Below are positions 29,274-37,307 of a stretch of DNA of 43,777 nt, piece by piece. The position numbers were made by a program, and so were the translations under genes. The stretch comes from a bacterium. GTDB lineage: Bacteria; JACRDZ01; JAQUKH01. The stretch covers positions 1 to 43,777 of the forward strand of contig JAQUKH010000024.1 in the NCBI GenBank assembly GCA_028719205.1. The letters run 5' to 3'. The notes under the pieces are model-generated. The model ran no database searches. It worked only from the letters and a program-made list of their open reading frames with translations, and had not been told where the DNA came from. Numbering within the stretch: position 1 is the first letter of the stretch; each line of letters opens with the position of its first letter.

Positions 29274-31136
29274 TTAATCCCTTATTCTGTTTGCCATGCT
29301 TAATTTTAGGAATTTAGCCTGTGCAGGGGCTGCCACAAGCATTAGAAACCTTATGATCTTATCCTTATCTGATTCGCTGATATTTTTGAATTCAATTCCG
29401 TTCATATATTTGTTCATATTTTTTGATATCTTAAACAGGCTGGACATTTTTATTTCTCCCAAAGTATTTATGTAAATTCCATCCGGAAGAAAAATTTTGA
29501 GTTTCAAGACCCGGCCTGCCGGCATTGGATCATCTGTAGTTAAAGAAAGGCCATAGGGTGAAATATTTCTCGCGAAACCCGAGTTTTCTTTTTTTATTTC
29601 ACTTAAGCCAACATTTTCATATTGTACATTTATGTCAAATTTACCATCGAAGCGGTATAATTTCCTGAAATCTTTCTTACTCAAAGCGGATAAAGCCATT
29701 GGTACCGTTAAGATAGTGTAAAATATAGCCCAGAATATACTTGCAAGATATGCCCAAAATTGTATCCCGCCCAAATGGAAAATATCAATAACGCCCTTAA
29801 TAATAGCAATACAGCTAAGCATAGATATAGACAGCTGGAGGCTTACTTCGTTCAGATTATTTTCCATTCTGCTCTGTTTGGGAGTAACTATATATTTTTC
29901 TTTTCCAAATATCCCTCTTATCACAGCCTTCATTTGGTTGACAAGTTTAATTATATTATATTGTTCCACTAATATTATTCCTCTAAAGCCGCCCATTGTA
30001 AGGCTCATGCCATAAACACTTACAAAAAAATATGGGACAAAGAAATTTAGAAAAGTTGAAGGGTCGGAGTGTATTGGTATAAATCCGGTATTTAATATTA
30101 TAATGGGTACCAATAAATAAATTAATTTCTGGAATCCGCCAAAATAAGTATACATAGAGGCAAAGTAACACAACCTTTGCGGTATTGATAATCCTTTTGT
30201 TGTCAGAGGATTATTTATCTTCCATACCTGCATCGCGCCTGCTCCCCAGCGGAATCTCTGGATGGCAAATCCGCCTAAAGTTGATGGGGCAATACCCCTG
30301 GCCATAGTCTTATTATAATATACAGAATGCCAGCCTTTCGCGTGTAATCTAAGGGCGGTATGGATATCTTCTGTTATTGTTTCTTCAGCAAAACCTCCGA
30401 TCTCATCTATGGCCTTTCTTCTTATCATAGTTGTACTGCCGCAATAAAATGCCGCGTTCCAGTAATCTTTCCCCGGCTGTATCACAGAATAAAACAGTTC
30501 TTGTTCATGCCATGAATAGCCTTTGCTCCAATTGGTCGTGTGTTGGAAGGAATCTAGGTTGTAAAAATCCTGGGGCATTTGTACCAGAGCGACTTTTTCA
30601 TCGATAAAAAAGCCTATTGTTTCATTAATCAGGGTAGGCAAAGGTATATGATCGGCATCAAGGGTTAATAAAAATTCACCATTTATATGTTTTAAAGCGC
30701 TATTTAGATTTCCCGCCTTAGCGTTTTTTCTTTCAGTTCGTGACATATACACACAATTTAATTTTTCAGCTAAAACTTTTATCTCAGGCCTCCGGCCGTC
30801 GTCAAGAACATAGGTCGTGTGAGGATATTTCAGGTCCATGCATCCCAGCAACGTCATTCTTAAAAGATGCTCGGGTTCGTCGTATGTAGGCACAAGTATA
30901 TCCACGGTTTTGTTTTGCAGCGGTGGAAGAGATTTCCTTTTGGTGGGATTCCATACCATAAAAAAGAAAAGGGTTGTTTCAATAAAACCATGTAACTCGG
31001 CAATTAATAGAAGAAGTGAAAACCACAGGGCATTAGGATTTAAAGTAAAACGAAATCTCCAGATAAGATACCTTACACTGAAAATAACCGACAAGATCAT
31101 TATCAGCCATCGCCAATATTTTTTATAGTCCTCCAT
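29274..31136 (-). CDS. bcsA: Cellulose-synthase-like GT2 (BcsA-like) with C-terminal PilZ domain
   Basis: YLIWRFRFTL; VDILVPTYDE; LDDGRR; AKAGNLN; LDADH; FYCGS; TITEDI; QRFRW; PilZ RKLYR and NISPYG; ATG 31136 preferred over TTG 31160. Confidence 0.85.
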   Translation of the reverse strand: MEDYKKYWRWLIMILSVIFSVRYLIWRFRFTLNPNALWFSLLLLIAELHGFIETTLFFFMVWNPTKRKSLPPLQNKTVDILVPTYDEPEHLLRMTLLGCMDLKYPHTTYVLDDGRRPEIKVLAEKLNCVYMSRTERKNAKAGNLNSALKHINGEFLLTLDADHIPLPTLINETIGFFIDEKVALVQMPQDFYNLDSFQHTTNWSKGYSWHEQELFYSVIQPGKDYWNAAFYCGSTTMIRRKAIDEIGGFAEETITEDIHTALRLHAKGWHSVYYNKTMARGIAPSTLGGFAIQRFRWGAGAMQVWKINNPLTTKGLSIPQRLCYFASMYTYFGGFQKLIYLLVPIIILNTGFIPIHSDPSTFLNFFVPYFFVSVYGMSLTMGGFRGIILVEQYNIIKLVNQMKAVIRGIFGKEKYIVTPKQSRMENNLNEVSLQLSISMLSCIAIIKGVIDIFHLGGIQFWAYLASIFWAIFYTILTVPMALSALSKKDFRKLYRFDGKFDINVQYENVGLSEIKKENSGFARNISPYGLSLTTDDPMPAGRVLKLKIFLPDGIYINTLGEIKMSSLFKISKNMNKYMNGIEFKNISESDKDKIIRFLMLVAAPAQAKFLKLSMANRIRD

Positions 31137-31176
31137 CTTTAAGGATTCCTTAATAAACAAATAAATTTTTACTGTT

Positions 31177-31860
31177 TTATTTTATTAATCTTTTACGTAA
31201 TCCCGCGAAACCGAATAATCCTGAAGCTAAACTGACGAGTAACATAATTGTGCCTGGTTCGGGAGTTTGAACTGTTGATATTCTCCCTTGCAAATGTCCC
31301 CAATCAGAATAATCAGGGCCTGCTGAAGAAACCCCGAAATAAAGGTAATCGTTATAATTAAGAAAAATATTGGTTAGATTATAATTAACAACATCTCCCG
31401 GATTCAGGTAACTTGAGAATAATAAAGTGTCATTTTTTTTAATATAGCTTTGAATATAACCGCTATCAGGATACAGATTATCTATCTTTAACCAGAAAGA
31501 ACCCGTTAAATTATATAAATTATTATAAGGCGATAAAAAGGCAAGGTTTACGTCTTCTGTACCATATTCAGTTCCACATTGCGGCATTGAGGACGGATGC
31601 ATATATATCCATGGTTGATTAACTTTCACGATCATAGGATTCTCAAATGGCTGTTCCGGAGTTAAAAAAGTATGGTTCGCATCAGGTTTTTTAGCTATAG
31701 ACCTATATGTGTTTGTTTCAGGACTATAACCATAAGCATACAATCCATTTTCACCCTGGTAATTGGGGAACTGAGACCAAAGATCAATAGTGAGAGCTCC
31801 TGCGCTTTGCCCACCTGCTAAAATAAAAATTGTACTTAAAAAAAATAATAATTTTTTCAT
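31177..31860 (-). CDS. PEP-CTERM sorting-domain surface protein
   Basis: Signal peptide; C-terminal TPEPGTIMLLVSLASGLFGFAGLRKRLIK (PEP, TM helix, basic tail). Confidence 0.88.
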   Translation of the reverse strand: MKKLLFFLSTIFILAGGQSAGALTIDLWSQFPNYQGENGLYAYGYSPETNTYRSIAKKPDANHTFLTPEQPFENPMIVKVNQPWIYMHPSSMPQCGTEYGTEDVNLAFLSPYNNLYNLTGSFWLKIDNLYPDSGYIQSYIKKNDTLLFSSYLNPGDVVNYNLTNIFLNYNDYLYFGVSSAGPDYSDWGHLQGRISTVQTPEPGTIMLLVSLASGLFGFAGLRKRLIK

Positions 31861-31941
31861 TTAATTGTCCCATCCTTTCAATTACATTAATTATGATTCC
31901 ACGATTTACTAAAAAATTCAAATTTCATATATAATATTATC

Positions 31942-31987
31942 AAAAAATGGCTAAAATATAAATTGGCTGATTCCGTTTTCTATTGAC
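31942..31987 (-). promoter_or_regulatory. Conserved 46-bp upstream element, copy B (upstream of PEP-CTERM/bcsA/bcsS)
   Basis: 39/46 identical to 28385..28430; contains the -35 of a minus-strand TTTATA-N17-TAATAT with TG extension. Confidence 0.65.
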
Positions 31988-32024
31988 TTTTTACCACATT
32001 TTCCCTGACGAATTCAAAAAAGAG

Positions 32025-32052
32025 TTGACTATTTATGAAAAATGACTATAAT
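32025..32052 (+). promoter_or_regulatory. Sigma-70-type promoter for the gap operon
   Basis: TTGACT-N16-TATAAT, followed by an AAGGAG RBS. Confidence 0.7.
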
Positions 32053-32090
32053 TTCTGTGGTTTAATAACTAAGACCTAAAAGGAGACCAC

Positions 32091-33098
32091 ATGGCTATAA
32101 AAATCGCGATTAACGGGTTCGGAAGGATCGGCAGGAATTTCATGAGGATAGCCTCAGATCAAAAAAATTTTGAAATTGTGGCGATAAATGATCTGACGGA
32201 TGCCTCGGTTTTGGCTCATCTCTTAAAATATGATTCAGTTCACAGGATTTTTAACAAGGATGTAAAAGCTCAGGATAATAACATCATTGTTGACGGCCGT
32301 AAAATTAAAGTGATTTCTGAGAAAGATATTAATAAACTGCCATGGAAAGACCTTGGCGCGGATATAGTTATTGAGTCCACAGGCCTTTTTACGGAAAAAG
32401 AAAAAGCGCAGGTTCATTTAACGAACGGCGCGAAAAAGGTAATTATAAGCGCTCCCGCGAAAAATCCGGATATAACAATTGTTTTAGGTGTAAATGAAAA
32501 GACCTATGACAAGTCTAAACATCATATTATTTCAAACGCCTCATGCACCACAAATTGTTTAGCGCCTATCGCTAAAATAATTGATGAGAATTATAAGATC
32601 AAGCACGGGTTCATGCTTACTACCCACTCGTATACTAATGACCAGAGAATTTTGGATCTGCCGCACAAGGACCTTCGCAGGGCGAGAGCCGCGGCGGTTT
32701 CAATGATACCTACTACAACAGGCGCGGCAACCGCGACCGCTTTAGTTCTTCCGCAATTAAAAGGGAAGCTTGATGGTTTGTCGGTAAGAGTTCCCACACC
32801 AAATGTTTCAATGGTGGATTTTGTGACTGAAGTGGAAAAAACTACCACGAAAGAAGAAGTTAACGCGGCATTAAAGAAAGCTACTCAAAATGAATTAAAA
32901 GGAATTCTTGATTTTTGCGAACTGCCTTTGGTTTCTATAGACTTTTTGGATAATCCGCATTCATCGATAGTGGACGCCTTGTCAACAATGGTAATTGATA
33001 AAACTATGATAAAGGTGATCTCCTGGTATGACAACGAATGGGGATATTCCAGCAGGCTGGTAGATTTAGTTAATTATGTTAATAAACAGGGGTTGTAA
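32091..33098 (+). CDS. gap: Glyceraldehyde-3-phosphate dehydrogenase, type I
   Basis: [30 protein letters not shown]. Confidence 0.98.
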   Translation: MAIKIAINGFGRIGRNFMRIASDQKNFEIVAINDLTDASVLAHLLKYDSVHRIFNKDVKAQDNNIIVDGRKIKVISEKDINKLPWKDLGADIVIESTGLFTEKEKAQVHLTNGAKKVIISAPAKNPDITIVLGVNEKTYDKSKHHIISNASCTTNCLAPIAKIIDENYKIKHGFMLTTHSYTNDQRILDLPHKDLRRARAAAVSMIPTTTGAATATALVLPQLKGKLDGLSVRVPTPNVSMVDFVTEVEKTTTKEEVNAALKKATQNELKGILDFCELPLVSIDFLDNPHSSIVDALSTMVIDKTMIKVISWYDNEWGYSSRLVDLVNYVNKQGL

Positions 33099-35047
33099 TG
33101 AATAAATTATCAGTAAGAGACCTGGATGTAAAAGGTAAAAGGATCCTTATCAGGACCGATTTCAATGTGCCGCTTGATAAGAAGGGCGAAATCATTGATA
33201 TTATCAGGATAACAAGTTCCATTCCTACAATAAAAAATGTTATTGACCGCGGCGGCCGGGCCATTTTGATCTCTCATCTGGGAAGGGCGAAGGGTGAGGT
33301 TATTGAAGGCCTTAGAATGAATAAGGTCGCGGAAAAACTGGAAGTGGCGTTAGGCAAAAAAATAAAAAAATTGAATGACTGCATAGGGACTTCTGTTGAA
33401 ATGTCAGTAGCGGGGATGAAAGACGGTGATGTAATTCTTCTGGAAAATGTAAGGTTTTATAATGAGGAAGAGGATAATGACCCTGAATTCGCACAGAAAT
33501 TAGCAAAACTCTGTGATTATTACGTAAATGACGCTTTCAGTGTTTCTCATCGGGCACACGCGTCGGTTGTCGGCGTGACTAAATTTGTTTCAAAGGCAGC
33601 AGCCGGTTTGTTAATGGAAAAGGAAATAAAATATCTGGGACAGGCAGTCCAAAATCCAAAAAGGCCGTTTTTGGTTATTCTTGGCGGAAGCAAAGTTTCA
33701 GATAAAATAGAAATATTTAAACATCTTTTACATAAAGTCGACACGTTTTTGATCGGCGGAGGGATGGCCTACACATTTTTAAAATCTCAGGGGATATTAA
33801 CCGGAGATTCTTTGGTAGAGAAAGACAAACTGGATGTCGCTAATGAGATCCTGGAAAATGTAAAAAAGAATCATAGCAAAATAATTTTGCCTGTAGACCA
33901 TATTATTGCTGATGAATTTTCAAAGACAGCTAACAGCAGGGTCCAGGATGAAAAATCAATACCTGATGGCTGGCGGGGTATGGATATCGGGCCTAAAACA
34001 ATTGAGCTTTTTAAAAAAGAAATTGAAAAAGCAAATACGATCCTTTGGAACGGGCCTGTCGGGGTTTACGAATTACCCCAGTTTAAAAATGGAACGATCG
34101 CGCTCGCGAAACTTTTGGCTGAATCAAAAGCGACAACGATCATAGGAGGCGGGGATTCAGCGGCGGCGATACATGACAGTAATGTAGAAGATAAAATTAC
34201 CCATATTTCCACAGGCGGCGGCGCGTCATTAGAATTTCTTGAAGGAAAATCGCTTCCGGGAATAGAAGCACTCAGCGATATTGAAGGAAGAAAAATATTT
34301 ATTGCCGGGAATTGGAAAATGAATACACTGCAGAAAGACGCGAGAATACTTATAAACGGCATCAAGGAAAAGACAGATGGATTTAAAAATATTGATATAG
34401 CATTTATCCCGCCCTATACTCATCTTTTTTTAATGCAGGATATACTTAAGGATTCAAATATCAAATTTGGGGCTCAAAATATGTATTTTGAAGAAAAGGG
34501 AGCATATACCGGAGAAATATCGCCGTTGATGCTTAAGGATTTAGGCTGTACTTATGTTATAATAGGCCACTCGGAAAGACGGAAATATTTTAATGAGAAC
34601 GATGAGCTTTTAAATAAAAAAATAAAATCCGCTTTGAAACACGGGTTATTTCCGATTTATTGTGTTGGAGAGACTCAGGAAGAAAGGGATAAAAATTTAC
34701 ATCAGAAGGTAGTAGAAAAACAATTAATTAATGGTTTAACCGGAATAACCAGTGATGAAATTAAGAAAATAACAATTGCTTATGAGCCGGTATGGGCGAT
34801 CGGTACCGGTAAAAACGCGACACCTGAGCAAGCGGAAGAAATGCATAAATTTATCAGGAACCGGATTTCAGTGATCTATGATGAGGAAATTTCTTCTAAT
34901 GTCCGTATCCAATACGGGGGAAGTGTAACTTCTGAAAATGTGGCGGATATTCTTAAACAGGAAAACATTGATGGCGCGCTGGTTGGAGGCGCGAGCCTAA
35001 AAATTGATACTTTTTCGGATCTGTTAAAAATTGCAAATAATTTGTAA
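33098..35047 (+). CDS. pgk-tpiA: Phosphoglycerate kinase / triosephosphate isomerase in-frame fusion
   Basis: PGK: RTDFNVPL, YVNDAFS..HRAHAS, STGGGASLEFLEG; continues without a stop into TPI: IAGNWKMN, GHSERR, AYEPVWAIGTG, YGGSV, GALVGGASL. Confidence 0.96.
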   Translation: MNKLSVRDLDVKGKRILIRTDFNVPLDKKGEIIDIIRITSSIPTIKNVIDRGGRAILISHLGRAKGEVIEGLRMNKVAEKLEVALGKKIKKLNDCIGTSVEMSVAGMKDGDVILLENVRFYNEEEDNDPEFAQKLAKLCDYYVNDAFSVSHRAHASVVGVTKFVSKAAAGLLMEKEIKYLGQAVQNPKRPFLVILGGSKVSDKIEIFKHLLHKVDTFLIGGGMAYTFLKSQGILTGDSLVEKDKLDVANEILENVKKNHSKIILPVDHIIADEFSKTANSRVQDEKSIPDGWRGMDIGPKTIELFKKEIEKANTILWNGPVGVYELPQFKNGTIALAKLLAESKATTIIGGGDSAAAIHDSNVEDKITHISTGGGASLEFLEGKSLPGIEALSDIEGRKIFIAGNWKMNTLQKDARILINGIKEKTDGFKNIDIAFIPPYTHLFLMQDILKDSNIKFGAQNMYFEEKGAYTGEISPLMLKDLGCTYVIIGHSERRKYFNENDELLNKKIKSALKHGLFPIYCVGETQEERDKNLHQKVVEKQLINGLTGITSDEIKKITIAYEPVWAIGTGKNATPEQAEEMHKFIRNRISVIYDEEISSNVRIQYGGSVTSENVADILKQENIDGALVGGASLKIDTFSDLLKIANNL

Positions 35048-35059
35048 AGGAGGAGTTTA

Positions 35060-35440
35060 GTGCATACATTAATTCTTATAATTCATGTTTTAGTTTGTTT
35101 AGCATTGGTGCTTATTGTTTTGCTTCAGCAGGGCAAAGGCACTGATATTGGTTCTGTTTTCGGAGGCGGCGGACAAAATCCATTATTGGGCAGCCGCGGA
35201 GCAGCGAGTTTGATCGGAAAGGTAACAGTAGGTTGCGCGGCGGTTTTTATGTGTACCTCTCTTTATCTTTCAACAATGGGCCGCCGGGCTGCTGTCGGAA
35301 CAAGTAATTCCTTGTTAGAAAAAGCCGCGCAGGAAGAAGCAGCCAGAATGCATGCCGGCCACGCTCAGCAGGAGTTAAATAGTAATGTTTTACCTGCTTT
35401 GCCGGGATCAGTTACTCCATTAAATTCAAGCAACAAATAG
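35060..35440 (+). CDS. secG: Preprotein translocase subunit SecG
   Basis: IHVLVCLALVLIVLLQQGKG.DIG..FGGG; follows tpi as is common; AGGAGG RBS and GTG start. Confidence 0.92.
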   Translation: MHTLILIIHVLVCLALVLIVLLQQGKGTDIGSVFGGGGQNPLLGSRGAASLIGKVTVGCAAVFMCTSLYLSTMGRRAAVGTSNSLLEKAAQEEAARMHAGHAQQELNSNVLPALPGSVTPLNSSNK

Positions 35441-35441
35441 T

Positions 35442-37145
35442 ATGAAGAATAAAATAAAATATTTTTCAGCTTTTTTAGCGGTACTGCTTTTATTTTCATG
35501 CGCCAGAAAAGAAAACAAAGTAAAAGCCGGGCCTGATAGCCGGTTTGGCGGTAAAATAGTTATAAGTTCAGTAAGCGATCCCAAATCGTTCAATCCGATC
35601 ATGGCAAAAGAAACGTCAACAACACACGCGATCGGATGGTGTTTTGAAGGGCTTACTGAAACGGATGGGGTAACCACTGAGGTAAAACCGTGCCTGGCTG
35701 AAAGCTGGCAGATCTCGCCTGATGGTTTAGAATGGATTTTTAAACTTCGCAAAGATGTAAAATGGTTTGACGGAAAACAATTTACCGCTGATGATGTAAT
35801 TTTTACATTTGATAAATTAATTTATAATGATGATATTCCTTCCTCAAGCCGTGATATTTTTACGATTGACGGCAAAGAAATAAAAACCGTAAAGATCGAT
35901 GATTTTACAATAAAATTCATTTTATCAAAACCCTTCGCGCCTTTCCTGCGACAGCTTAACCAGGAAATATTGCCTAAACACATCCTGGAAAAATCAGTAC
36001 AGGAAAAAAAGTTCACTTCGACATGGGGTGTAAACTCGAATCCATTGGAGATCATAGGAACAGGCCCGTTTTATCTTAAAGAATATGTTCCAAGCCAGAA
36101 ACTGATCTTAGAAAAAAATCCGTATTACTGGAGGAAAGATAAGGATGGAAAACAATTACCTTATCTGGATCAGCTGGTGATTCTTATCGTGCCGGATCAG
36201 GACGCGGACCTTTTAAAATTCCAGTCAGGTGAAATAGATATTTTATCACCACGCGGACAGGATTTCTCCTTGCTTAAATCGAAAGAAAAAGAAGAAGATT
36301 TTACGCTCTATAACTGCGGGCCTACATTTGGAACCAATTTCCTTGTATTCAATCAAAATCCGGCCGCGGTTAAACACCCGAAGATCGATTGGTTTACAAA
36401 TGTTGATTTCCGCCGGGCCGCAGCGTATCTGATCGATAAAAATTCAATAATAAATAATGTTATGTCGGGGCTGGCATTTCCGCAGAATTCAGCAATGGAA
36501 AAGGCCGCTGTATTTTTCTATAATGATAATGTGAAAAAATATGATTATAATATTCCTAAAGCTAAAGGGATCTTATCGGCCTCGGGTTTTACAGATAAAA
36601 ATAAAGATGGATTTTTAGAGGATAAAAACGGGAATACTGTAGAGTTTACGATACTTACAAACAGTGAGAATAAGGAACGCGAACAGATGGGAAATATTAT
36701 AGCTGATGACCTGCGGAAGGCAGGTATTAAAGTGAATTTTGCTCCGGTTCAGTTTAATACTTTAGTCAGTAAACTTGATAATCCTCCGTTTGACTGGGAT
36801 GCGATCCTTATCGGCCTGACAGGCGGAGTCGAACCTCATAGCGGAATGAATGTCTGGATGTCTTCTGGACAATTGCACATGTGGTATCCAAGGCAAAAGA
36901 AGCCGGCTACAACATGGGAAAAAGAAATAGATGACCTGTTTACCCGCGGGGCAAGCGAGTTAAATGAAGAAAAACGCAGGCAGATCTATTTTCGCTGGCA
37001 GGAGATCGCTGCCGAACAGCTTCCTTTTATCTACACGGTTAATCCCGCCGCTATTTACGCAGTCAGAAACAAATTCGGTAACCTTCACCCCACCGCCTTT
37101 GGAGGCGTAACCCATAATATCTGGGAATTTTACCTGAATAAATAA
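35442..37145 (+). CDS. Peptide/nickel ABC transporter substrate-binding lipoprotein (family 5)
   Basis: Lipobox LFSC; SDPKSFNP; LAESW..SPDG..W.FKLRKDVKW.DG..FTADDV.FT; GTGPF. Confidence 0.93.
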   Translation: MKNKIKYFSAFLAVLLLFSCARKENKVKAGPDSRFGGKIVISSVSDPKSFNPIMAKETSTTHAIGWCFEGLTETDGVTTEVKPCLAESWQISPDGLEWIFKLRKDVKWFDGKQFTADDVIFTFDKLIYNDDIPSSSRDIFTIDGKEIKTVKIDDFTIKFILSKPFAPFLRQLNQEILPKHILEKSVQEKKFTSTWGVNSNPLEIIGTGPFYLKEYVPSQKLILEKNPYYWRKDKDGKQLPYLDQLVILIVPDQDADLLKFQSGEIDILSPRGQDFSLLKSKEKEEDFTLYNCGPTFGTNFLVFNQNPAAVKHPKIDWFTNVDFRRAAAYLIDKNSIINNVMSGLAFPQNSAMEKAAVFFYNDNVKKYDYNIPKAKGILSASGFTDKNKDGFLEDKNGNTVEFTILTNSENKEREQMGNIIADDLRKAGIKVNFAPVQFNTLVSKLDNPPFDWDAILIGLTGGVEPHSGMNVWMSSGQLHMWYPRQKKPATTWEKEIDDLFTRGASELNEEKRRQIYFRWQEIAAEQLPFIYTVNPAAIYAVRNKFGNLHPTAFGGVTHNIWEFYLNK

Positions 37146-37307
37146 TAAAATATTTTCCTCATCGTATCAAAATTCTATTCAAAATTATCATACCTAAAAT
37201 ATTCGTTTACGGTCAAAAAAATTTGGTATATAGAATAATCACGGTTAAATATAAATTTAATATAAAAATTGTAAAATCAATTTAATGCCGGAGGTGTGTG
37301 AAATATT

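Noticed and set aside
35441-35441. tRNA-Leu often found after secG
   Set aside because: The ABC substrate-binding gene starts 1 nt after the secG stop, leaving no room
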